A DNA stretch of 64,000 bases from the human T2T-CHM13v2.0 reference genome, Homo sapiens: assembly GCF_009914755.1 (NCBI RefSeq), contig NC_060929.1; one strand, given 5' to 3'. Under the pieces are notes generated by a model. That model did no database searches and had not been told where the DNA came from. It saw only the letters and a list, made by a program, of their open reading frames with translations. Each line of letters begins with the position of its first letter. Within the stretch, counting starts at the first letter, position 1. Below are positions 1 through 13,772 of the stretch, one piece after another. The position numbers and the translations under genes were made by a program.

Positions 1-872
1 ACAAAATATAATGATATATATTTTGGTGTAAATCAGTGATTTTATTGCTTTTAAATACTTCCCAGAGATAAATGTGTTAGTTATCAGTATGGAAAGGTGA
101 GAATTTTAGGGGGTAGGAGAGACTTTAGTTAGGAAATAATCACTATGGCAATCATCTACAGAAGTGTTACCTGGTTTGACATGATATTTAGGTTGATTTT
201 TAATTTATTCTTTCCTCAGTAATAATAGAAATATAAGATTATCAGAGGAAGCTCTAGGGGGAATTGTAACTTTCATAGTCTGCATATGTTTTTTTCTAGA
301 GAATAATTGTATTGTGGATTAGAAGAAAATAAACGGTGTTCAGGGTATTCATGGGTTGGGTACAGTTACCTCTACCTTGCTTCTTATTTTATGGAGTATC
401 CATAGCCTCTCTCCTCCACAACCTAGAGAGTCTCAGATTGTACTGAGTGGGAGAGGCTGCACCGAGTGGCAGTCAGTCTGTTTCTCAGGCCGTATCAACA
501 GAGGAAACACGTGTCTACTGAGTATTATCTCTGCGTTCCAAAAATAAATAAAATCCAGTTGCATATTGTTGGTTATTTGGCTTCTCTGTGCTCTGGGGAA
601 TTCTTACTAGCATAGTAAACAGGAAGTTGAGTGTTTTCAGGGTAAAATTATAAGTCTAAGGTTTATTTCCTCAATATTTTATTATGAAAATTTTCAAGTA
701 CACAGAAAAGTTGAGAGAATTATCTAGTGTATACCCACTTCCACCACCTATGTTCTATAATTGTTGACATTGTGAGATTGTTGCTCTAATCACATGTCTG
801 TTCACTTATGCTATAGGGTGTATTTTTAATGAATTGTTTTTCTCTTTAGAACAGCCACTAAAACCTGAAAAA

Positions 873-896
873 ATACATACACATACATATATGTGT

Positions 897-928
<32 letters not shown>

Positions 929-935
929 ACACACG
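873..935 (+). repeat. (CA)n/(TA)n microsatellite
   Basis: Visible alternating acacac run about 60 nt upstream of exon w1. Confidence 0.9.
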
Positions 936-991
936 TATATGCTATTCTTCCTAAGTCATATGAGCCATGATAACAGATTCTGTTTTTGTAG

Positions 992-1115
992 AATTCAGGA
1001 AGAAGAATGGGATAAATACATCATACCTGCCAAATCAGAGTCTGAAAAATATAAAGTGAGTCGAACTTTCAGTTTCCTCATGAATAGGATGACTAGCCCT
1101 CGGAATAAATCAAAG
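992..1115 (+). CDS. ARHGEF28: ARHGEF28 exon w1 (IQEEEWDKY...PRNKSK)
   Basis: ttttgtag|AATT acceptor; AAG|gtaatt donor, phase 0 end; 5' boundary inferred because the upstream exon is outside the window. Confidence 0.85.
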
Positions 1116-1422
1116 GTAATTAAAGTGATTCACTTATTTTCTATAAAATATAGACATTTTAGTTTCTCAGCAGTTAGTATAATTTCCACTTTCCCTTTGA
1201 AATCACTTACCTTAGATTTTATTTACACATATTTCTTATGGAATATTGCTAAAGCCCAGAATATAACATTTAGGTGTTATGGTGTCCCTCTGTGTGCAGT
1301 CCTTATATTCTGATGGAAAATGTAGAGACTTTGCTCAGATGATTTCTATAAGAAAGTTGGCTCACAGCGTTTTCCTTTTCTCATTTTTCCCCACTTTCCT
1401 ACTGCTGCTGCTGCATCTGAAG

Positions 1423-1555
1423 ACAAAAAGCAAGGATGCCAAAGATAAAGAGAAGCTGAATCGACATCAGTTTGCCCCAGGAACATTCTCTGGGGTTCTG
1501 CAGTGTTTGGTTTGTGATAAAACACTCCTGGGGAAAGAGTCACTGCAGTGTTCTA
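1423..1555 (+). CDS. ARHGEF28: ARHGEF28 exon w2, first part of C1 zinc finger (TKSKDAK...HQFAPGTFSGVLQCLVC...QCS)
   Basis: ctgaag|ACA acceptor, CTA|gtaagt donor, phase 0 to 1. Confidence 0.93.
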
Positions 1556-1739
1556 GTAAGTTCTCAGGTCTATGTGCGCTGTCTTTGTTTTCATCTCCTG
1601 ACAGTAACCTTGGGAAGAGGCTCATTGCTCAATACATTTACATAAACCTTTTCAGTGCCACACATATGACTGAACCGTTTACCAAGCAAGGACTGATACT
1701 GGTTAGAGTCAGTGTGTTTTGTCCATAACTGATAGCCTG

Positions 1740-2605
1740 TCTGAACCCCAGATTTGTATGCCTGTCTCCACTGGGATGTCTAAAGAGCGTCTCAGATGTT
1801 ACATCTCCCCATTCTGTGCTCACCTAAAAGCTGATGCTCTCGGCCTTTAATGGCAACTTGATCATTCCAACCAGATGTTCATGCCAAAACTTTTGGAGTA
1901 CATCTTTATACCTCCCATTTTCTCACATCCCACATCCAATCCATCAACAATCCTCTTGGCTCTATTTTCAGAAAACATATAAAACCAGGCACTTGTCACC
2001 CCTACCACTGATATCATTCTGGTCTAAAGCCACCATTTCTACAGCATTCCAACTGACTTCCTTGTGCTTTTACCCCTAAAGTCTGTTCTCAAAGCATTAG
2101 CCAGAGTGAGCTGGTAAAGGCATATATCACTGCGTTCAAAAAAATCTCCCAATGGCTTCCTATACCTCAAGTATAGACTGAAGTCCTTAAGTGCTTACAA
2201 TGACAGCAAGTTCCCATGTGATCTGTCCTCCCCCTCCCTTACTCCCTCTGCTCCAGTCACACTGGCATCTTTGCTGTTTTTCGAACATGGCAGTCATGCT
2301 CCTGCCTTAGGGCCTTCTCTGGCTGTTCCTTCTGATTGCAACACTCTTTCCTCAGATACCCACACGGATCACTCAGACAACAGCTTCTCAGGCAGCCTTT
2401 CCTGATCTCCCAGTGCCTGGCTCATCCTTGCCCTCCTCCTGGCATTTTTTCCCATTATAATATTTACCACCATCTAACTTACTATACAGTTTGCATATGG
2501 GGGCTAGATTTTTGTCTGTTGAATTTGTTCTCTGCTATATGCAGAGTGGCTAGAACAATACCTTGTACATTGCAGGGGCTTAGTAAGTATTTGTTGAATG
2601 AAAGA
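1740..2605 (+). mobile_element. L2 LINE fragment
   Basis: L2-like body ending in tagtaagtatttgttgaatgaa. Confidence 0.65.
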
Positions 2606-4794
2606 ATAATTCAGAGAAAAAGTAGTGAGGCGCAGGCAGGTGGAATAGATTTCATGGTATTTGTTGATCGCCAGAATTGTGGGAATATTTGGAAGGTGGG
2701 ATGGGAGCACAAAGGGAACAGAGGAGCAGGGGAAGTTTACCTCTGAAGCTCCTCATAAACTTTGTTGAAAATGATTGAATTAAAAAATTTAGATGTATCT
2801 ACAGCTGGACATCTGATCAAAATACAATCCACATATGACATTACAGGCAGATTGAATTTTCTTCTCACAGTTGACATTGTGTTTAATTATGCTGACTTTA
2901 TTGCATGTTTGAATTTTGCTTTCCTTGAAAACTTGATTTCTTTCTTTTCCTGGATCTGAAGTAGCATCAGGCTGCTCAGATGTGGTTTAACTTCCTACAT
3001 TTTTAGAGATTTGCTCCAAGTATCGTTTATGGGTTGTTTCTGGCCTGCCCACACTTCAGCGGTCAGTTCATTCGTGTGATGGGCATGTGTTTCCTAGGTT
3101 GTTGTTCCACCCTTGTGGGTGGACTTGTGGACTTGAGCCCTTCGATGCATCCCTGGCCACACCCAAGACCTTTCCCTCCCCTGTTTTAAGACAGACTCAA
3201 GTTGGGTAATCTTCACCCACTGCTTTTAAGCCTGTCTCTGCCATTTCTTCATTAACCATCTGCATTTTGACCTCTGTGCATACTGCTTAACAGAAGTTCT
3301 GCTTTTGATGGAAACTGAGAGTCACTTTCTAGTCAAGTCTGAGTCTTTCCTCATTGTTCAGACTCACTGGTTTCCTGTTTCCAGGTCGACATCTCTCCTT
3401 TCAGGGATGTTTCCTTCTTTTCCGTGGCACACTACTCTTCTGTTTTACCATCTGGGTTGTCTCCTTTTCCCTAATACTGGGTACGCGCAGAAATTAGTTC
3501 TTGGGCACTTGTTCATTTTTCCTTGATTGTTTCTAAGTATAGTCATCCAATCTTATGTCCAAAATATCATATTTAGACCCGTTACTCCTGTATTAATATC
3601 TTCTTTCCTCGCTTTGTATTTCCATATTCAGTTGCCCAGAGGCTGAGTACCCATGTAATTTATGGCCACTTTGGAGAATTATGGTAAAAACTACAGGTAT
3701 AAACTAAGACTGTGGCAGGCACAGGGGCTCGTAGGGAGACCATATGTGGGAATCATCACTCAGAGATTTCATCGTCTTCGAAACCCAGTGTGTCTAAAAC
3801 CGACCTCAAAGTCCACGCCCAGCAGGACATACTTGGCCTGGCATCACAAGCTTCAACCCTGGCTGCTTTAATTCCACTGCCCTCTTGTCCCTCCTGTCAA
3901 TGTCACTCAGTCACTCTTTTCTTTCCCTTCTCACTGTTGCCACTCTGGGAGATTCTCATCACCGCCTTCTAGAATACTGGGAGGGAATTGTGCTAGTTTC
4001 TTCCTTTCCAGGTATGTTCATCTACAAGTTATGATCAGTACTTTTCCCACAGTAATCTTTGTAAAACACCACTTTCATCAGCCCACATAAACTTAAGGAC
4101 CTCTCTTGTGTTTACTGGGCTAAGTCCAAGCTCTTCCCATGGGCATTTGGTTCCCTCATCTGGAACTGCTCATTAGACCCCTAGGCCCCCCTTCAGCCTC
4201 AGTTTACAGTCTGAGGCCCCACCAGTTCCGTTGCCCTTTCCTCCCACTGCGTGTGATTTCCTGCCTCTGCTATTTTGCCTGTGATCATCTCCTTCCTCTC
4301 AGTTTCCCCCACTCCTCTGCATAGATCCTGGTTTTTTACCTGCTCTTTGGAGGTCTTCCCTGACCACTGTGGTCCAAACTCCTGCCTATCACTTTCATAT
4401 CCATTTAAAATTGGATTATTTACAGTCTCCTTGAGTTTTAACTATTAAAAGAAACAAAGTTATTTTAGGGCCCTAATCACACGATGACTCCCGTGTAGGT
4501 CCCGAGTCACTCATGCAGAGCTGGCGACCAGTAAAGCCTAGGGAGCCAGGGCTCACTGAAAGGGAAACTTTTGTAGTAAAGAATATGTTGGTTCATTGAG
4601 TTGAGTGGATGTGATGGAAATTGCTGAAAATATCTAGGATACATTTAGCTTTAAAAACAGTCATTTCTTAAAAAAGGAATAGTATTTATAGAAGTTATAA
4701 GGTTTAAGCAGAAACTTTTTATAATATTACCACTTAGAGAAAAAGACTATTAATATTTTAATGGAGTTCCTTATAACCATAAAAAACTATGGGA

Positions 4795-4934
4795 GCCTTG
4801 CTCTGTTGCCCAGGCTGGAGTCCAGTGGTGCAATCTCAGCTTACTGCAACCACCGCCTCCCAGGCTCAAGCGATTCTCCTGCCTCAGCCTCCTGAGTCGC
4901 TGGGACTATAGGCACATGCCACAACACCCAGCTA
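4795..4934 (-). mobile_element. Partial Alu (right-arm monomer)
   Basis: ctgttgcccaggctggagt...cctcagcctcctgag...acacccagcta. Confidence 0.85.
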
Positions 4935-7900
4935 TATGTGAGATTTTAATGCTGTTTCATTTGATGCTGACATCAAATGTATTTAACTATTTGTTTTTGA
5001 ACATTTAATTTTTTCCTAATTTTTTAAACAAATAATTTGGCAATGAGCATTCCTTTGCACATATCATTGTCCACATATTTGGTGATTGCCTAAGATTAAA
5101 TTCTAGAATCAGTATGAGTAGGTCAAAGTGTGTATTTGATTTCCTCTTTTACCCACAACTTTTTTTAGAAGTAATTTCAAAATTTACAGTTACTTTTTGG
5201 CGGGGGGAGAGGGTGGTTTAAACTTTGCTTATTCATATTAAGGTTTTTACATGGAGCAATACCAATATGATACATACAGTCTCTGCTGTTTTGGTTAAAT
5301 AATCTTTTTCCATGGGTGCATTTTTGTTTTTAATTGTGAAGGTTAATATTCCTAATCTTAAAAACAAGATATGATATAAAACAACACATAGTATTGTGTA
5401 AGTATTCAAAATTCTTGGGTAATTTTCTTCTTGTTAAAGCCTGAGTTGCTAATTTTCCACAAAATTATATTTCTATAAAATTACCCTTGCTTATAAATAA
5501 GTTTCTTGGCTATTATGTTGATGTTACATTATCTGTTACACATAAATTTATATATCATACCTTCATTGCAGATTTAACCTTAATCAACATAAAATTATCC
5601 TTTTAACTTCATTAGATGCCTTTTGCATTTAGTTTTACTTTGTCTAAACTTAATACTCCTCCTGCTTTCCATTTGTTTGTATTTCTTTCAACTATTTTTG
5701 TGTTTTCGATTTGAGGTGCATGTCTTTAATTTAGCTAGAAGTAATCTGTAATGTAGCTGAAGGATGTTGTTTTATAACAGGGTTTTTAACATTTTACATT
5801 TAATTTTACTGCTACCAACATATCTTTTATAGGTCCTTGCTCTTTTCCTTGATGTCTAGTTTAGCTATTTAGACCATGTGTTGTTTGCTTTTGTCTTCTC
5901 CAGGGATTTGGCAAGATACTCTCTTTTAATGTCAACTAATAGTAGCTTTAAGGCTGTGGAAGGCTAATAATTTAATATCTTTTTATTTCCCTTATGTTTA
6001 CTCTCCCCCGGCCCAGCCTCTGTTAATACACTGAATTAATTATTATTCTTTTCCTAAGATTATTATGTTTAATCTTTCAAGTATAATTTTCTATTTCAAA
6101 AAAAAGTTGACACTTTTATTCAGCTCTATCTCTACCTACAGTTTTTTAGATGTGGTTCTTTGTTTAGCTTGTTTTACTGCTCACTTTTGTTTCTTTAAAA
6201 AAAAAAAAAACTACAGTGAATCCTTCTTGAACTCCTAATTTTGATTCTGTCCTCAAAAGGCTAAAATAGGAGTGATCTGTTGATCTGAAACTTCATGTAC
6301 CAAGGGACCTATTTTTTTTTTTCACACAAGAAAAACAACTTAGTTAAATAAATTCTTGGACCAAAGTCTTTTCCCTTCATTGCTTTGCCAACATTGCTGC
6401 AACAGATGTGAGCATTTATTATTAAAGTGGAAAAGTCTAGGGCCAACCTGACCCTATTCCTTTGTTGATAACCCTTGTCTTCTGCCTTATGCTTGAGGAC
6501 TTTTCATTTTTTAATCATATGGATATTATGAGAATATGTCTATAGAGTAGGTGTCATTTAATTATTTTTCTTAGGAAACAGTGAGAACTTTTGATGTGTC
6601 CTTTTGGGCGCTTTTTCAGCTTTATAGAATTCTTGTCTATGGTGGCTTTGACTGTCACTGCTTCTGATCTAATTTTTCTGATCTCTTCCTTGGGTAAGTA
6701 TGATTTCTGCTATCTATGTTCGTTGTATGACATCTATTTTATAATTATACGCTTCCTCTTCTCCATATTCTGGAGGGAGTCTTTCAAGTGTAATTTCATA
6801 GCTCGGCTTTGATGTCTGTGCCACACAGATTCTTCTCATTGTCTCTTTTCCTTCCTTGCGGTCCTTGCCTGTCTCATGAAGCTCCATTTTCCTCTCCTCC
6901 TGCAGGCCAAGTCTCACATCCTATTCTCCCTCCATGCACTTTCATTCTATTTTACTGAGGCCCCCGTCTTCTGTCTCTTATCAAGAACAATTTTCAAGTA
7001 TCTAAAGTTTCTTTCCTATTTCTGGATCTAGTATTCAGTGGTTGCTTCTTCTGGTGGGTTGTTGGTGTAACTTTGTTCTGTGGTATCTTAGGGTATCTAC
7101 ATTTTCCCTATTATTTACTCACTCTGCAATGAGGAGAGGGCTGTCTGAATCTGATGCTTATCAGCCGGGCCAATGCATAGATTAGCCTTGGGCCCTGCTT
7201 GCTGGCCACTGGCGTGTTGACTGAAATGCCTCTTCAGACCTGCAGCCTGAGGACAGTTGTAGGGCGCAGCTTCCTGCCCAGTTCTTGTTGGGTCACTGGC
7301 ATTTATGCAGTGTGGCTTTGATGGACCAACATGGGATCTTCCACTCCCACAGAAGGATTCATTCTGCATACATTTCTGATGCACCCAGGCTCCTCGGTCT
7401 ATGCTACAGTGTGTGTGGGATGGTGATGTACAGGTGGGAGGGGAAAGGACCCAAAGACAACAGCTTGGCAGCAACCAGTGCCCACATAGTGCAGCTTTCC
7501 ATGAGGACAGCCTCAGTGTCTGTGTTCATGGGCAGAAAGGGGCAGGGAAAGTATTCCCTTACATTCTTCCAGTGAGATGACATTGTTTTATGACATGTGC
7601 CCATTGTTTATGATATAAAACAATGGGCACAGGGCTAACATTTCTCATTTAATTAGACTACCTGAAACTTGTGGTTAGTAGGAATTCTTGCCAAGACCTC
7701 ACAATACATTTTTTTCAGCATTGTTAAGAGTTTGTTTTCTTTCTTCTGGTTGTGGTAGGCATTTTACCCAGTGTGGGAGTGGGGAGTTACTACCAGCCAG
7801 GTGTCAGAAATCCCATGCAATGTAATGCATGTAATAGGAAGTGAGTTCTCAGGGAGACACAGAAGCATTGCAGAAGTGTATATCATTCATAACTTCAGAT

Positions 7901-8152
7901 TTAGTAATTGATAAGATCCTGTGTATAAGGGGAGAAATATCTCCAAAGAGATTAAAATAATAGCATTCTGCTTGTGCTTGAGTGGTGAGGATACATGTGA
8001 TTTAAATATTTGTCTTTCCTTCTTTAGTTTTCCAGATATTTGTAATGTTTATGTGTTTTTTTATAATGACCAGTGAAAGCATGATGTAGTCTTATTAATT
8101 TCAGACTAATTAAGTAAGATGGATGCTTTTGTATCTTTTCCCTTTATTTCAG

Positions 8153-8208
8153 ACTGTAATGCAAATGTGCACAAAGGTTGTAAAGATGCTGCGCCTGCAT
8201 GCACCAAG
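8153..8208 (+). CDS. ARHGEF28: ARHGEF28 exon w3, end of C1 zinc finger (NCNANVHKGCKDAAPACTK)
   Basis: tttcag|AC acceptor, AAG|gtaatt donor; completes H-x12-C-x2-C-x11-C-x2-C-x4-H-x2-C-x6-C pattern. Confidence 0.93.
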
Positions 8209-8529
8209 GTAATTGCTCAGTGATCTGTGAATATATATGTGGCATGGTTGCTTCATAGTATCTATTTGAGCTTTTACTCTTTTTTATTACCATCTAGATT
8301 TATTTCTAAAGCGATCATGATAGCGATAACATAACATATGCTCAAAGTGTATAGTTATTTGCTTAACTGTACACTGTTAGAAATAGAAGGAAAGCTCAAG
8401 TCCAGATATTTGTGTTATATGCTGTGGCTAGGTTAGGCTTTCTGTTGAGACCTGCTTGGTTTACCAGTGCAAGCCCTGGGTACCTGCAAATGAAGATCAG
8501 AGTAGTAAGTCACAAATGTCTGCAAGCCT

Positions 8530-8691
8530 CACAGTCACTGGAAGACCTGTGACTACACAGATTTCTGGGCCCCAATTCCAGAATTTCTGATTCCATAGAT
8601 CTGAGGTAGGGCCTGAGAATGTGCATTTCTAACAAGTTTGCAGGTGATGATATTGCTGCTGGTCCTGAGACCTCAGTTTGAGAACCACTGG
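8530..8691. mobile_element. MER5A (hAT-Charlie)
   Basis: ctgggccccaattccagaatttctgattc...tttgagaaccactgg. Confidence 0.75.
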
Positions 8692-9300
8692 ACTAGAAGA
8701 ATGTTCTCTGTAGTTGGGAATGGGCTGGAGTAGATGAAGGTGTCTGTGATTCTATTCCTTTCTTTTCCACTCAGTAGTCATGTCACAGATGCATGTGAGT
8801 GAACATGATGATCCTTCAGGGGGAAATTTGCAGTTGCAAACCTCTGTGTCAATAGGAACACATATTGCGTCAGATCACAGAGTTGAGGGCTGTTTTGAAG
8901 GTGACATTTCAGTGCTACAGGTGGTTGTCTCCTATAGTCAGGAGGGATAGCAGGAGGTAGAAAGAAACAAGAAGGAGAAAGGCAGCATTGATAGGAACTT
9001 TCAGCCTGGGTCTGGACACATGAGCTGGAGACCTCTGGTTTCTGTTCCCCTGAGGCTTTTAATGAAGCCAGGAGTGTTCAGGAGGCGCATGTTCACAAGG
9101 CCCCTTCATTATAACTTGCACATTTTATTGTCACATTTGACTCTTCATTGCATTTAATGTCTTTTGCTTTGAATTCCTCTTGGAAATAAAATAACAAAAA
9201 TGATATAGATAAGAATTCTGTTCTGTGTAACTATGTGGATATTCTTATAGTCTAATGATACTTTGATCTTACTTTATGTGTTTCTAATATTCTTTACCAG

Positions 9301-9349
9301 AAATTCCAAGAGAAATATAACAAGAACAAACCACAGACCATCCTTGGAA
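9301..9349 (+). CDS. ARHGEF28: ARHGEF28 exon w4 (KFQEKYNKNKPQTILG)
   Basis: ttaccag|AAA acceptor, GAA|gtaagt donor, phase 0 to 1. Confidence 0.9.
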
Positions 9350-11211
9350 GTAAGTGATGTAGAAAACGACAAGAACTTTTAAAAATTTAATACATACTAT
9401 ACATTTTTCCATTATAAAAATATCTCCTTTTGTTTTCTCATTTATCCAGTTATTTCTTCTTTCATAACATATGCTTGGCATGATTTTTAGTTCTATAAAG
9501 TCGTCAAGAAGGCTATCAACTTCTAGGTCAACCTAAGAACTTTTGTGTTGTGTGTACCATATGATCTTTTATATTAGAGAGGGCTATAAGGAGAAGGTAT
9601 TAACGTGTTGCTTCAATTCTAAGATGCTGTCTAGTGGAATATGCTCTGCTGATGTATTAATAATCCTTCAAGGAAAAGAGAAATACTACATGAAATGTAC
9701 CTTACTTTGTTTTCCTAGCAGTAGCGTAGTATAGCAATATTGCAGTAATATATTTGTCTATACAGATACACACCACATTCTTCTTAAGAATCGCCATGTT
9801 TGATGGAAAAAGTCTTCAAATTTGGAGTCTGTAGATTCTTATCAGTTTCTGTTGTCCATTATTATAATTACCTGGTGTTTAATTAGCTGTGCTTGAGGCT
9901 GTGATCTCATTAGCTCCTTTAGAATGACCGTGAAATTTCAAGGCATACTGGAGTTTGGTTTGCATATTTTAAAATTTGGTGGCTCTGTTTTTCCTGAAGT
10001 GTATATTGCTGAAATTTAAGCAGTTTCTCTTTAAAATAATTGGTGCCCTCTGACAGTTCTTTACATTGCATACAAGAACCAATCACGCCAATGTCTCCTA
10101 AATTTGAAAATCTCTTGCTTTATTGTGAGAGATTTTGTGACGCCTTCTGCCTAAAGTTGTGTTGCTTGACATGTGGCAGGAATTTTAAGTGCATGGTAAC
10201 TTTTCATTTCCATGTAACAAAGTGTGACTGATATTTTAAAACCACTTTAATCGGGACAATTATGCATGCAAATTTGTGGCAACATGCTATTGGGTGTAAT
10301 GTTATATTAGGTTAAGTTGGTGCAGGTAGTAACAACTGTCACATCACTCTCTTGCCTTGACCCCAAAAGTCTCTTTGATGATGTCAGTTATAAGGGGCTT
10401 CTCATTTTCATAGGGTTAAATGTGAAAATAAATAGTATCTTAGAATTGATGAAATACCACATATTACTCCTCTTCACATGGGAGTCATAAGAACAAATTT
10501 AACTTATGCACGTGTAAAATGCTTTGTAATGTCTGGGATCTTCCTTTTGCTTGAGAATGTATATGCTACACAGCTATAATATGGGACCGAAATGTCTTCT
10601 GAGTCATTTATAGTACACATCAAATGTAAATGCATCTGTGCCCAGAATATTTTAGAACTGACCAGAAAAACACAGAAGCCCTATTTAGTTTTCCATGTGT
10701 GAGAGAGAATAGCCCAGCTTGGCTTGCAGGCTTCATTTGCCTGAGATCCTTATACCATGAAGAATAGGCTCTCCAGCATCATTCCATTCCATTGACGTGT
10801 TCTCTGTGTGTGGATGCTTGTTTATACACACAATATGCATTCAGTAACAGTACTAATAACACCTTGCAACTATTTAAAGCTGGCTGTAAGGAGTACAAGC
10901 AGTGATTTATGGGAAACCTGGCGCAGTATTTCCCCATTCCATTGTCTTGTTTGTTTGTGCAATCCCAAACACCCACAGTCTCCAAGTGGAGATGCGGAAG
11001 CAGGCCTGCAGCATGGGTGTCAGGAGGGTGTAAAATGAAAGGGACACTAGGAGCAAGTGTCAGGATCTAGCAGGGAGACTGGTTTTAAGGCAGAGCATGC
11101 ATCAGATTACAAGTAGTCATTGCAGGGTTTAGCTTTCTGGCTTTTAAGTGACTACTTTTACTTGTAATTACTGACCTGGAAACCACATGAAGCATCTGTT
11201 CTGATTTCCAG

Positions 11212-11356
11212 ATTCTTCATTTAGAGACATCCCACAGCCTGGTCTCTCCTTGCACCCTTCTTCCTCCGTGCCTGTTGGATTGCCGACTGGAAGGAGGGAG
11301 ACTGTGGGACAGGTCCATCCATTGTCCAGAAGTGTTCCAGGCACCACCTTGGAAAG
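11212..11356 (+). CDS. ARHGEF28: ARHGEF28 exon w5 (SSFRDIPQPG...GTTLE)
   Basis: ttccag|AT acceptor, AAG|gtaagg donor, phase 1 to 2. Confidence 0.92.
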
Positions 11357-11435
11357 GTAAGGCTGAGTGTGTTTTTACATATTAATGGCTCAGAGAGCTT
11401 CTGGGGCTAACTTTGCTCCCCTCCCTCTCTCCTAG

Positions 11436-11563
11436 CTTCAGGAGGTCAGCCACATCCTTGGAGTCTGAGAGTGACCATAACAGCTGCAGAAGCAGGTCTC
11501 ATTCTGATGAGCTGCTACAGTCCATGGGCTCTTCTCCCTCTACAGAGTCTTTCATAATGGAAG
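11436..11563 (+). CDS. ARHGEF28: ARHGEF28 exon w6 (FRRSATSLESE...FIME)
   Basis: ctcctag|C acceptor after a 79-nt intron, AAG|gtgagg donor, phase 2 to 1. Confidence 0.92.
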
Positions 11564-11991
11564 GTGAGGAGAAGACACACTTCCATTTATTTGTGTTTTT
11601 GTTAGCATTTGCCAAAATGACACTGTCTGAAGGAAATAAGATTGAAGCATTTTTTTTTTCTTTTTCAAAGAAGTCTGTTTCAGGGTGTCTCTTTGGTATA
11701 GGTTCTACTTTTTAAACGAATGAAAATTTAGCCCCAGAGGAGAAAACCAGAGAGTGACCAAGGAAATATGACGTAAATTTTAAATAGACATATTACTAAA
11801 AGAATGTCACAAGCATAACGAAGAGAAATGAATGAAATATATTGTGTGCTTATTATTAAAAATGTTTTATAGCTATTGATGAATTATAATAGGATCCTAT
11901 ATCAAAAACATACTTTAGTTAGTTAAGACTGGTCTTCTTTGGATCTCTGAGATACTTACCCCATCTGTTGCCTCCTAGGGGAATAAAAACA

Positions 11992-12310
<319 letters not shown>

Positions 12311-12956
12311 TAGAGCAGGACTTAATCTAGGGAATTAGTTTTTGTATACAAGCAGCACCAGTAAGAAGGAAAACCAAATGGAAGGAGAGTAGTGACAAAA
12401 GAGAGGAGTGGATTCTGCCCCAGGAACCTGTTTTATTTTAATCTTAAGTCTTTAAATTCATTGTCATCTCATTTGTACTGCTTTGAGCTGGAACCTCTCT
12501 AATGAGTGCCATTTGGGTAAATAGGGTTTAGTTTTCCTGAGGAGTGTGTGTGTGGGGTGGGGGGGGGTGGGGAAGGGCATGTATGTATGTGTGGTTTGTT
12601 TGTAATTTCATCAGAAAAATCTGCACTCATTTGTGACTCAAGTACTTAGACGCTGCTTTGTGTCTTAGCAAGTCAAGGGCAAATCAAATGGATGAGTACA
12701 TAATTCAGATTTTAGTAAACAGTACAAAATAACGCGGGGCAGAAGAAATTGGTGTGTTCCAGATTCTGTAGACACATTATGGACTCTGTAGGTTACCAAA
12801 AATAAAACTAAAATAGAGCAGGCCAAAACAAGCAAAAGAATCTTCAAATGTCTTTTTTCCTCCATATGAACACTCTTTTTAAATATTTGATTCTTTGCTG
12901 TCATGAAAGCTGTCTTAATTTGGACCATTTCATCAGTCCAGTTTTAAGATGTTTCA

Positions 12957-13268
<312 letters not shown>

Positions 13269-13404
13269 TTAATATGTTTTGGTTTAGTAGTTTCCATGTT
13301 CATAGCAGATTTATTTAGGGTGAGGAATCCATAGACAAATATACGAAGGTATATTTGTGCTGCATTATTGTACTTCTGGCTTTTCTTTTCTAAACACACA
13401 TTAG

Positions 13405-13545
13405 ATGTTGTGGATTCTTCTCTGTGGAGTGACCTCAGCAGTGATGCCCAGGAGTTTGAAGCAGAATCTTGGAGTCTTGTGGTGGATCCCTCATTTTGTA
13501 ATAGGCAGGAGAAGGATGTCATCAAAAGACAGGATGTCATTTTTG
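13405..13545 (+). CDS. ARHGEF28: ARHGEF28 exon w7, lead-in to DH domain (DVVDSSLW...KRQDVIF)
   Basis: ttag|AT acceptor, TTG|gtaagc donor, phase 1 to 1. Confidence 0.93.
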
Positions 13546-13726
13546 GTAAGCGTTTCAAATATGCTCTTTGGGTTGAAGCAGTGCGGTTCAGAGAAAAGAA
13601 CATGGAATTTGCAACTGTGCAGAGTTGGGTAAAATCCCAGTTCTATCATTTTCTATTTACCTGATCGCAGACAAATTATTTAGATCACCTAGACCTTAGT
13701 TTCTCCATCTGTAAAATGAGGATAAT

Positions 13727-13772
13727 ATTAAAAGTAATAGCAAAAACCACAATCGGTTTTGCAATAACCTAA
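13727..13772. mobile_element. MADE1 (mariner MITE) half, next to a MIR fragment
   Basis: aaaagtaatagcaaaaaccacaatcggttttgcaataacctaa resembles the MADE1 3' arm. Confidence 0.6.

Noticed and set aside
834-991. THTHTH-rich N-terminal extension of the ORF over exon w1
   Set aside because: Translation of the intronic (CA)n microsatellite upstream of the splice acceptor.
992-999. Alternative acceptor CAG 7 nt inside exon w1
   Set aside because: Would shift frame relative to the TAG acceptor; cannot be evaluated without the upstream exon.
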